Sequence record: SRR22947725_4321
Direction: 5' to 3' (one strand)
DNA: 41,541 nt
Shown here piece after piece: positions 1 to 7,558 of the stretch. Position numbers and translations under genes: made by a program. The first letter of the stretch is position 1. The number at the start of each line of letters is the position of its first letter. The notes under the pieces are model-generated. The model made no database searches. It saw nothing but the letters and a program-made list of their open reading frames with translations, and was not told the DNA's origin.

Positions 1-426
1 AGCGGTGTCGCCGATCTGGAAATCGAACTCGGGGTCCGGTGCCGGCACCGACTGATCACCACGGATGACCGCGACGATTGAGGCACCGGTGCGTGTTCGG
101 TACTCGCCCTCGCGAATTGTGGCGCCGACTGCCGGCGACGAATCGGTCAGCGCAATCCACTCGATGGCAAGGCCGTCGATGTTCTGCTGCACTGCGGCGA
201 CTGCCTCGGTGACCTGGCTGGCGCCGAGCAACTCAGCCATCGTGCGCGTGTCTGACGCCGACAGAACGACCATTGTTGAGCAAGCGTCTCGATCGTTGCG
301 GTCGTAGACGACCATTTCGCGTCGGCCATCGCGATGGACGATGACGCCAACACGTTCACCGGTGTCGGTGTCGAACTCGTGGCGTACTCCGACGCCGGGA
401 AGCTTGGTCTCCTGGACTTCGGCCAT
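1..426 (-). CDS. KhtT/YhaT-like cation:proton antiporter regulatory subunit with TrkA-C (RCK_C) domain; 3' end runs off the window
   Basis: Not in the ORF track. Manual translation from ATG at 426 gives MAEVQETKLPGVGVRHEFDTDTGERVGVIVHRDGRRE...LAIEW...YRTRTGASIVAVIRGDQSVPAPDPEFDFQIGDT, open to position 1. The ETxLPGVGxR start and RTGASIVAVIR motif are typical of KhtT. Confidence 0.85.
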   Translation of the reverse strand, partial: MAEVQETKLPGVGVRHEFDTDTGERVGVIVHRDGRREMVVYDRNDRDACSTMVVLSASDTRTMAELLGASQVTEAVAAVQQNIDGLAIEWIALTDSSPAVGATIREGEYRTRTGASIVAVIRGDQSVPAPDPEFDFQIGDTA

Positions 427-512
427 CCACCCATTCTCGCACGTTTCCGGCCGTTTCGGTCACGCCGTCGGCGCGGTCCGTTTCCCCGGCGGTTGACCGA
501 GTAGAGCTGGTG

Positions 513-1076
513 TCAGCTGCCTTCCTTGCGGGCCCGCATGATGAGCGTGCTGGGCACGTTTCCGAACGAGCCGACTTCATCGACCCGGTCGACTCGGAAG
601 TTCGATCGGCCCAGAGAGGTGAACCAGTCGCTGATCGAGCGGGCGGTCACACCGTAGGGCGTGGCGTCGCTGACGACGGAGAACGGGTGAGTGACCGAGA
701 TGACGAACGGCATGCTCGGAATGAGGATGCGGTGGACCTGGCGGAGCAGGCGGCTGAGATCGTCGACCTTTTCGATGGTGTGCGCGGCGACGACGACGCT
801 CACCGTGCCGGAGGTGATCTCGCCGAGATCGGCCAAGTCGGTGGCGTGACATTGCACGCTGATCTCTGCCGCCTCAGCGCGCGCACGTATGTCGGCGATC
901 TTGTCGGCGTCCGGGTCGACCGCGATGGCTTTGGCCCCTGACTGCGCGAACTCGACAGCATTGAACCAGTCGGAGATACCGAGTTCGACGGCGCGCTGAC
1001 CGCCGCTCACGTCGCCACTCAGACGCAGCTCGGCGTCTGTCGGAATGCCGTCTCCGTACCTGATGTTTGCAACCAC
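513..1076 (-). CDS. class I SAM-dependent methyltransferase
   Basis: Motifs AVELG, AIAVDPD and LLRQVHRILIP..PFVISVTHPF. GTG at 1076 chosen over the track start at 1115 because it is preceded by a CACACT -10-like hexamer. Confidence 0.7.
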   Translation of the reverse strand: MVANIRYGDGIPTDAELRLSGDVSGGQRAVELGISDWFNAVEFAQSGAKAIAVDPDADKIADIRARAEAAEISVQCHATDLADLGEITSGTVSVVVAAHTIEKVDDLSRLLRQVHRILIPSMPFVISVTHPFSVVSDATPYGVTARSISDWFTSLGRSNFRVDRVDEVGSFGNVPSTLIMRARKEGS

Positions 1077-1136
1077 ACCCCCAGTGTGCCCGCTCCGGGC
1101 GGCACGTGTGCGCATTGGGCTCTATCCTCGACGTTC

Positions 1137-1532
1137 ATGTCCTTCTCGGTCGGCATGATTCGTGGCACCGATAGTGGGGCGCGGGGCATCGTCGATCATC
1201 GACTCGCCCGCCGCATGCTGATCAATGAGGTCAAACGAGGGCGGCTCCGCGAGGAGGCGGTGTGCGATGCGCATCCGGAATTGATCCGAGCCGCCCGCAA
1301 TGTCGGTACCCAGACGTCCACGGTGTGCCCGATTTGTGAAGAGACCGAACTCAAGTTGGTCACGTACGTGTTCGGGCACGGACTCCAGGCGCAAGGACAT
1401 TGCGTGTCGACTGCTGAGCAGATGCGTCGGATCGAAGCCCGGTCGACGGAGGCGAGTGCCTACGTGGTCGAAGCGTGCGTCGAATGCCGCTGGAATCACC
1501 TGCTCCGCATTCTTCCCGTCGGCGGAACGTGA
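1137..1532 (+). CDS. DUF5318-family actinobacterial protein (Cys-rich)
   Basis: VDHRLARR, VCDAHPELIRAA, CPIC and YVVEACVECRWNHL match the family that usually lies upstream of rpsF in actinobacteria. Confidence 0.8.
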   Translation: MSFSVGMIRGTDSGARGIVDHRLARRMLINEVKRGRLREEAVCDAHPELIRAARNVGTQTSTVCPICEETELKLVTYVFGHGLQAQGHCVSTAEQMRRIEARSTEASAYVVEACVECRWNHLLRILPVGGT

Positions 1533-2176
1533 AGGGTCACGCGTTCGCGGCGCTGACTGCGGCCGCTCTCATAGTTGCAGCGTGCTCGAGTGATTCTGAC
1601 GTTGCCGTGCCAGATTCTGGCGTGGTGGTTGCACCGACCGTGGTTGCATCGACCCAGGTTGCACCGACGGTTGCGACAGGAGCGCTTGCTGACATCGAGT
1701 CGGGCACAACCGTGCGCGACGTGGACGTGCAGCCCGCTGGGTTCACGACGGCGATGATCGAAGTCACCAAGGTCGACGGCACGGTGTGTCAGCTGTGCAT
1801 GTGGTTGGCGGACACCGGTGATGAGCGGGGGCAGGGCTTGAAGGGCGTCACCTCGCTGGGCACACCGGAGGGCATGGCGTTTGTCTGGGACGAGCCGACG
1901 ACCGGTTCGTTCTTCATGTTTCAGACCGTCACGCCGTTGTCGATCGCCTGGTTCGATGCGCCCGTCGCTCGTGCTGGCGGTGCGCTGGTGTCCACTGCGG
2001 ACATGGAGCCGTGTGTGTCGGAGAACTCAACTGAGTGCGAACGCTTTTCCGCAGGAGGTGACTACGTGCTGGCGATTGAGGTCTTTCAAGGCGATCTCGC
2101 GTCGATCGGCATCACCGCTGGGTCGACCGCTCGGCTGCTCCCAGGAACCGAATCCACCAACTGTCCGCTCGGCTGA
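1529..2176 (+). CDS. DUF192-domain lipoprotein
   Basis: GTG overlaps the upstream stop (GTGA). Signal peptide with lipobox IVAAC; DUF192 motifs LADT..ERGQGL, GMAFVW, FFMFQT..PLSIAWFD, LAIEV. Confidence 0.8.
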   Translation: MKGHAFAALTAAALIVAACSSDSDVAVPDSGVVVAPTVVASTQVAPTVATGALADIESGTTVRDVDVQPAGFTTAMIEVTKVDGTVCQLCMWLADTGDERGQGLKGVTSLGTPEGMAFVWDEPTTGSFFMFQTVTPLSIAWFDAPVARAGGALVSTADMEPCVSENSTECERFSAGGDYVLAIEVFQGDLASIGITAGSTARLLPGTESTNCPLG

Positions 2177-2329
2177 GGCCAACCATCTCTGTGAGCGCGC
2201 ATCCCTACGGTGGGTTGCATGCAGTCGAACCGAAACGAAGCCTGGCGCGCGACGCAGAGCCTCCCGGTAGCATTGCGCGGTCCATTACATACCCTGCCCC
2301 TCTGCCCAACCCCTCATGAGTTGGAGTCC

Positions 2330-2394
2330 GGGGCTCCCCATCTCTTCACACTTGGACACCGTGAACGTGGGATCCGAAGGGAGAACAACACCGC
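2330..2394 (+). promoter_or_regulatory. candidate S6:S18 ribosomal protein leader
   Basis: 5' UTR of rpsF. TTCAC/GTGAA stem, a CCG at 2374-2376 just upstream of the GGGAG SD-like sequence, and an upstream CTCCC able to pair with it. Resembles the known rpsF leader architecture; not fold-verified. Confidence 0.4.
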
Positions 2395-2727
2395 ATGAAT
2401 CGTGCGTACGAAATGATGGTCATCATCGACGGCGACGTCGATGATCCCAAGGCACAGTCTTGGATGAAGACGATCACCGATGGAGTCGAGAGTGTCGGCG
2501 GTCAGCTGCACGAGAAGATCGACTGGTGGGGCAAGCGTCAGTTTGCCTACCCGATCAACAAGAAGCCGTCTGGCTACTACCTCGTTGCTCAGATCGTCGC
2601 CGCGCCCGGCGCGCTTGACGAATTGGAGCGCCAGCTCCGTCTTGCGGACGACATCGTCCGCCACAAGCTCATCCGTCTGCCCGAGGAAGAAGCAGCACGC
2701 CGCGGCATCACCGTGGAAGCTGCCTGA
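2395..2727 (+). CDS. rpsF: 30S ribosomal protein S6
   Basis: RAYEMMVII...WWGKRQFAYPINKK..GYY...ELERQLRLADDIVRHKLIR; first gene of the rpsF-ssb-rpsR-rplI operon. Confidence 0.98.
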   Translation: MNRAYEMMVIIDGDVDDPKAQSWMKTITDGVESVGGQLHEKIDWWGKRQFAYPINKKPSGYYLVAQIVAAPGALDELERQLRLADDIVRHKLIRLPEEEAARRGITVEAA

Positions 2728-2758
2728 TCCGGCTCGGCAATCGCCAAAGGGGAATCAC

Positions 2759-3220
2759 ATGGCACAGGACAACACCGTCACACTCACCGGGAACCTCACT
2801 AAGGATCCCGAGCTTCGTTACACCACGGGGGGCCGTGGTGTCGCCAGCTTCGGCCTCGCCGTCAATCGCCGCTATCAGGTGAATGGCGAGTGGCAGGAGC
2901 AGGTCTCATTTTTCAACGTGGTTGCTTGGGCAGACCTCGGTGAGAATGCTGCGGCCAGCTTGCACAAGGGCAACCGCATCGTTGTTACCGGTCGACTCGA
3001 GCAGCGCTCGTATGAGACTCGCGAAGGCGAAAAGCGCAATGTCACCGAAGTGATCGCCGACGACCTCGGTCCCAGCCTCCGCTGGGCCCAGGCACAAGTC
3101 GAGCGCATCTCTCGCGATTCTGCCGATGGTGGCGGATTCAGCGGCGGTGGCAGCGGCAGTGGCGGCGGCGCACCGAAGCCTGCATCTGATCCCATCTACG
3201 GCGACGAAGAACCGTTCTGA
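2759..3220 (+). CDS. ssb: single-stranded DNA-binding protein
   Basis: TVTLTGNLTKDPELRYT, GRLEQRSYE, Gly-rich linker and acidic DEEPF tail. ATG at 2759. Confidence 0.98.
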   Translation: MAQDNTVTLTGNLTKDPELRYTTGGRGVASFGLAVNRRYQVNGEWQEQVSFFNVVAWADLGENAAASLHKGNRIVVTGRLEQRSYETREGEKRNVTEVIADDLGPSLRWAQAQVERISRDSADGGGFSGGGSGSGGGAPKPASDPIYGDEEPF

Positions 3221-3318
3221 GCAGCACTCGCTGCTGATACCTCTCGTCGACGCACAGCTCGACGTCATCCATTTCGAAATTCAGTCGAACATCATTTTCC
3301 AGTCAGGAATATCTCACT

Positions 3319-3762
3319 ATGGCCAGCAAGAAGAACAAGGCCCGGTCGGCGCGTGACGCCAACCCCCGCAAGTTCAAGAAGAAGACCAGCGTCCTCATCA
3401 TCGACAAAGTCGAGTACATCGACTATAAGGACGTTGATCTACTCCGTCGCTTCATGAGCGACCGCTCCAAGATCAAGAACCGCCGTGTGGCAGGCAACGA
3501 CCTGCAGCAGCAACGCGAGGTCGCGAATGCGATCAAGATCTCTCGCGAAATGGCACTCCTGCCGTACGCCACCCGTGTTGCCTCAACCCGCACCGGCGGC
3601 CGTCGCGATCGCGACGACCGTGGCCGCGGCCGCGACGAAGGTCGCGATGAGAACTCGGAGAACACCGAGAACACCGGTGACGAGTCCGTCGAGTCAACCG
3701 ATACCTCCATCGACGCGACGACAGTTGTCGAGTCAACCGAGACCACAGAAGTGGAGGCCTGA
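3319..3762 (+). CDS. rpsR: 30S ribosomal protein S18, cysteine-free, with a long charged C-terminal extension
   Basis: [23 protein letters not shown]...[19 protein letters not shown]; operon position. Confidence 0.97.
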   Translation: MASKKNKARSARDANPRKFKKKTSVLIIDKVEYIDYKDVDLLRRFMSDRSKIKNRRVAGNDLQQQREVANAIKISREMALLPYATRVASTRTGGRRDRDDRGRGRDEGRDENSENTENTGDESVESTDTSIDATTVVESTETTEVEA

Positions 3763-3767
3763 GCAAC

Positions 3768-4217
3768 ATGAACGTCATTCTCCGCAGCAAGGTCGAGGGT
3801 CTCGGCCAGCGCGGCGACATCGTCGATGTCGCCCAGGGCTACGCCCGCAACTTCCTGTTCCCGAAGGGTCACGCCATCAAGGCGTCAGCCGGTGCACTCG
3901 AGCAGGCAGCCAAGATGCGTGCGTCTCGCGATTCAAAAGACCAGAGCGCTCGCGAGGCCGCAACGGCCATCGCCAGCACGCTGGTCCCGAAGACGATCAC
4001 CGTGTCGGCCAAGGCATCTGCCGAAGGCAAGCTCTTCGGTTCGATTCACGCCGCCGAGATCGCTGCCGCGATCAAAGAGCAGACCGACATCGATATCGAC
4101 CGCAAGTCGATCGAGGCCGATCACAACATCAAGACCATCGGTCAGCACACGGTCACAGCGTCGCTGCACCACGACGTGTCGTTCCCGATCACCCTCGAGG
4201 TGGTTGCGGCCGACTGA
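3768..4217 (+). CDS. rplI: 50S ribosomal protein L9
   Basis: MNVIL..VEGLG..GDIVDVAQGYARNFLFP, GKLFGSI, IKTIGQHTV..LH. Confidence 0.98.
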   Translation: MNVILRSKVEGLGQRGDIVDVAQGYARNFLFPKGHAIKASAGALEQAAKMRASRDSKDQSAREAATAIASTLVPKTITVSAKASAEGKLFGSIHAAEIAAAIKEQTDIDIDRKSIEADHNIKTIGQHTVTASLHHDVSFPITLEVVAAD

Positions 4218-4236
4218 ACCCGGCCGCGGGTTTTCT
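4218..4236 (+). terminator. putative intrinsic terminator after rplI
   Basis: AACCCG-GCCG-CGGGTT hairpin followed by TTCT, directly after the stop. Confidence 0.5.
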
Positions 4237-4312
4237 GTGCGGTTGCTGACGCAATCGCATGATCGACATGCCGAGGGCGTGTCCTGCCGATGCGGCAGGG
4301 CGCGCCCTTTGC

Positions 4313-4367
4313 TGTTCCACAGGCCGTCCACAGCAACTTATCCACAGGCGTGAGTCATTTGTCCACA
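4313..4367 (+). promoter_or_regulatory. cluster of four co-oriented DnaA boxes upstream of dnaB
   Basis: TTATCCACA 4338-4346 (perfect), TTGTCCACA 4359-4367 (actinobacterial consensus), TGTTCCACA 4313-4321 and CCGTCCACA 4324-4332 (relaxed). Confidence 0.8.
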
Positions 4368-4429
4368 GGCAAGTCCCAGGGTTGTTCCCCTATCGCCGCA
4401 CAGGAAAGTCCAGCAAGAATGGGGTCCTC

Positions 4430-5815
4430 ATGAGCAACGACGTCGAGTATGGCCAATTCGGGGGTAGCGCGCCATCCCGCCCGGCCGGAGGCTCGGGGCG
4501 CGTTCCTCCTCACAACCTCCAGGCTGAAGAATCGGTACTGGGAGCGTTGCTGTTATCGCGCGACGCGATTGGTGTCGTCGGCGAGGCCGGGCTGAACGTT
4601 CGCGACTTCTACAGCCCTGCTCACCAGCACATCTTTGACGCTGTCCGCTCGCTGTACTCATCGTCGGGCCCGGTCGATGTCGTCACCGTTGCCGACGAGC
4701 TTCGACGCCACAACCTGCTTGATGAACTCGGTGGCATGGAACGCCTGAACGAGCTGCAGAACGCGACGCCGTCGGTGTCGGGTGCCGAGCACTACGCCAA
4801 GATCGTGATGGACACGGCCCTGCTCCGGCGCCTCATCCATACCGCTGGTGAGATCACCGACCTGGCTTTCAGCGAGCCTGATGACGTCACGAAGGCTGTC
4901 GACTTGGCCGAGTCCAAGATGTTCGAAGTCGCCGAAGACAAGGTGGTCGACTCGACTCGTGAAATCGGCGACCTGCTCAACGCCACCATGGACGAGCTCG
5001 AAGCCAACTTCGAACGCGGCGACACCATCACCGGCGCCGCGACCGGCTACGACGACCTCGACGAACTGCTGTCTGGCCTGCAACCGAGCACCCTCAATAT
5101 TGTCGGTGCCCGTCCGGCGATGGGAAAGACCGCGTTCGGATTGGGCTTAGCCACCCACATTGCGAAGAACGAGTCGAAGCCGGCGCTGGTGTTCTCACTC
5201 GAGATGGGGCATTCAGAACTCACCCAGAGAATCCTGTCGAGTGAAGCGAAGGTCGACTCGACCAAGCTGCGCACAGGCAAGTTGACCGAGAGTGACTGGT
5301 CGAAGATCGGCCTCGCCGTTGGCCGACTCGAAGTGCCGCTGTTCCTCGACGACAACCCGCAGGTCACCGTCATGGAGATCAGAGCCAAGGCGCGACGCAT
5401 CAAGGCCCAACATGGTGGCCTGTCGCTAATTCTCATCGACTACTTGCAGCTCATGTCAGGTTCCGGGCGATCGGAGAACCGTCAGCTTGAGGTGTCTGAG
5501 ATCAGCCGAAACCTCAAGGTGTTGGCCCGTGAGCTCGAAGTGCCGATCGTTGCGCTGTCTCAGCTCAGTCGAAACTTGGAAGCTCGTTCGGACAAACGAC
5601 CGATGCTTGCTGACCTTCGTGAGTCCGGCTCTTTGGAGCAGGATGCCGACGTGGTGATGTTCCTGTACCGCGACGAGGTGTACAACCCCGAGTCGCCTGA
5701 CAAAGGCTCCGCCGAGGTCATCGTCTCCAAGCACCGCGCTGGACCCATCGGCACGAAGCGCCTGGTCTTCCTTGGCCAATACACGCGCTTCGACAACGCG
5801 GCACGTTCGATGTAG
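4430..5815 (+). CDS. dnaB: replicative DNA helicase
   Basis: PPHNLQAEESVLG, Walker A GARPAMGKT, IDYLQLM, LSQLSR, DLRESGSLEQDAD. ATG 4430 preferred; no intein. Confidence 0.98.
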   Translation: MSNDVEYGQFGGSAPSRPAGGSGRVPPHNLQAEESVLGALLLSRDAIGVVGEAGLNVRDFYSPAHQHIFDAVRSLYSSSGPVDVVTVADELRRHNLLDELGGMERLNELQNATPSVSGAEHYAKIVMDTALLRRLIHTAGEITDLAFSEPDDVTKAVDLAESKMFEVAEDKVVDSTREIGDLLNATMDELEANFERGDTITGAATGYDDLDELLSGLQPSTLNIVGARPAMGKTAFGLGLATHIAKNESKPALVFSLEMGHSELTQRILSSEAKVDSTKLRTGKLTESDWSKIGLAVGRLEVPLFLDDNPQVTVMEIRAKARRIKAQHGGLSLILIDYLQLMSGSGRSENRQLEVSEISRNLKVLARELEVPIVALSQLSRNLEARSDKRPMLADLRESGSLEQDADVVMFLYRDEVYNPESPDKGSAEVIVSKHRAGPIGTKRLVFLGQYTRFDNAARSM

Positions 5816-5822
5816 TTGAACC

Positions 5823-5844
5823 TGGCGACCCGGATCGGTCGCCA
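5823..5844 (+). terminator. hairpin after dnaB, possible terminator
   Basis: TGGCGACC-CGGATC-GGTCGCCA, 8-bp perfect stem, no U tract. Confidence 0.4.
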
Positions 5845-5858
5845 TCTACGCTGTGGCT

Positions 5859-6755
5859 ATGAGTGACTCGGCAGCCCTGACTGCCCGAGCAGGGGTTGCC
5901 GGCCATGACCTGGTCGGTTGGATGATGTGGGACCCGAGAGCCATCGCTGGCTATCAGGCGCTTGGCGTTCCCGATGGCATCGGCTGGATCGTGGCATGGC
6001 GGCTCGCATCGCTCGGCGATGTGAACCCGGGGGTCGCAGCGGCGGCTGCGTATTCGATCAACCCCAGCGTGATCAGGAACGTCATGAAGCTCTACCAAGA
6101 CGCCACCGATGTCGACTCAATCCTGGGTGTCCGCGATGCTGCGGTCCAACCGGGACTCGATGAAATTGCGCCCGGCCTCTCCGGTGGTCTCGCCGAGCTT
6201 GCAGCACCGCTGTGGCGCGGCGTGGATGCTGTGCACTTCGGCGCCCGGCCGATGTTTGCTGCGCATCGCGAGCTGCCGCGTCCCGAGGAGACGAACTCCG
6301 CGTTGTCGGCATGGCTTGCGGCGAACTGTCTGCGCGAGTTGCGCGGTGACAACCACTGGGCCCTGTGCGCGAGCGAGGATCTCGATGACGTCGAGGTCGG
6401 GCTTCTTCACTCGGTCATGGTTGACATCGAGGAGTACGGCAGCGAAGAGTGGATTGCTCGAAGCCGCGGCAATGACGACGAGGCGATTGCAGCTGCGTGG
6501 GCGCGACTCGAAGTCAAAGGTCTGGCATCGGGCGGTGCGGTCAGCGACGAAGGCCGCAGATTCCGACTCGACCTCGAAGCCCGCACTGACGCACTCACCG
6601 CCCCCGCTTGGGACGCGGTCGGCGCCGAAGCGACACGCGCCTTCTGCGAGCTGGTCGAACCGCACCACGACGCGTTCGTGGCCCGAATCGATGCCACGGC
6701 TGGCCCTCGCTGGATGCCAGCGGTGCGGGTGAAGGCACGACAACCCGATGCCTGA
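5859..6755 (+). CDS. SCO6745/SalK-like actinobacterial protein
   Basis: RLASLG.V.PGVAAAA..SINP, RPMFAAHR, WLAANCLRELRGDNH, SRG, R..LEARTDAL..PAW. Confidence 0.65.
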   Translation: MSDSAALTARAGVAGHDLVGWMMWDPRAIAGYQALGVPDGIGWIVAWRLASLGDVNPGVAAAAAYSINPSVIRNVMKLYQDATDVDSILGVRDAAVQPGLDEIAPGLSGGLAELAAPLWRGVDAVHFGARPMFAAHRELPRPEETNSALSAWLAANCLRELRGDNHWALCASEDLDDVEVGLLHSVMVDIEEYGSEEWIARSRGNDDEAIAAAWARLEVKGLASGGAVSDEGRRFRLDLEARTDALTAPAWDAVGAEATRAFCELVEPHHDAFVARIDATAGPRWMPAVRVKARQPDA

Positions 6756-7536
6756 GGGTGACACCCTTCGGCGAGCAGCCGAGGTGTTGACGCCGGTGCT
6801 TGAAGGCCAGATCGTGACCGACCTGTGGTTCAAGAAGCTGCGCGGCTATCGACCACGAGTCGGCGACACGATCCACAGCGTCGAGGCGGTCGGTAAGTAC
6901 CTCTTGATTGAGTTCGACCGCAAGCTTGTTCTGCATACTCACCTCGGCATGACTGGTTCGTGGCGCGTCGCCCCGCTCGACCGTGCCCGCTCGCGCGACC
7001 CGAAGCTTCGAATTCTCATCGAGACTGCAGCAGGCCGTGCCCTCTGCTTCGCAGCACCTGACATCTCGACCCACATCTCAGGGTCGGGCACAGCTCCAGC
7101 CGATCGGCTTGGCCCGGACCTGAGCAACGACGACGTCAACGTCGACGAGGTGCTCGCGCGAAGCCGTCGGCGATCGAGTGAAGCAACCACTCTTGCCGAG
7201 CTCCTCCTCGACCAGCAGGTAGCGGCGGGTGTCGGCAACGTCTTCAAGAGTGAAGCGCTGTTCGTCGCTGGCCTGCATCCGTTCACCTTGGTGAACGAGG
7301 TGACCGATGAGCAGCTCGCGAAGCTTTGGTCGATCGCTCATCGTCAGCTGGTTGTCAATCGAGACAAGCCGTACCGATCAACCACCGGGCCTGGAAGCCC
7401 CGACCGGACCCATGTCTACGGCCGTCATCACTTCGCCTGCCTCCGATGCGACAACGCTGTCGCGTTCTCCGCAGCGGGGGAGCGCACCGCCCGCAGCACC
7501 TACTGGTGCCCGTCGTGCCAACCCGTCGCTCGCTGA
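6748..7536 (+). CDS. nei: Fpg/Nei-family DNA glycosylase/AP lyase (endonuclease VIII-like)
   Basis: N-terminal MPEGD, GKYL, HLGMTGSW, H2TH LLDQQVAAGVGNVFKSE, zinc finger CLRC...WCPSCQP. Confidence 0.93.
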   Translation: MPEGDTLRRAAEVLTPVLEGQIVTDLWFKKLRGYRPRVGDTIHSVEAVGKYLLIEFDRKLVLHTHLGMTGSWRVAPLDRARSRDPKLRILIETAAGRALCFAAPDISTHISGSGTAPADRLGPDLSNDDVNVDEVLARSRRRSSEATTLAELLLDQQVAAGVGNVFKSEALFVAGLHPFTLVNEVTDEQLAKLWSIAHRQLVVNRDKPYRSTTGPGSPDRTHVYGRHHFACLRCDNAVAFSAAGERTARSTYWCPSCQPVAR

Positions 7537-7558
7537 GTCGCCGTGCAAGGCTGTACGC

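Noticed and set aside
2159-2176. DUF192 gene ending NCPLG-TGA as another Sec site
   Set aside because: The spacing is not CxxU, the domain is already complete, and no convincing coding continuation follows.
2395-4217. Genome-wide UGA reassignment (code 4 or 25) as the explanation for in-frame TGAs
   Set aside because: rpsF, ssb, rpsR and rplI all end at TGA at their expected C-termini, and Trp is encoded by TGG.
4259-4429. 57-aa N-terminal extension of DnaB in the ORF track
   Set aside because: It runs through the DnaA-box region and looks non-coding. ATG 4430 gives a normal-length DnaB.
4218-4429. oriC
   Set aside because: Only about 200 bp, four boxes, no AT-rich unwinding element and no dnaA/dnaN adjacent.
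4430-5815. Intein in DnaB
   Set aside because: The Walker A and RESGSLEQDAD regions, the usual insertion sites, are uninterrupted and the length is normal.
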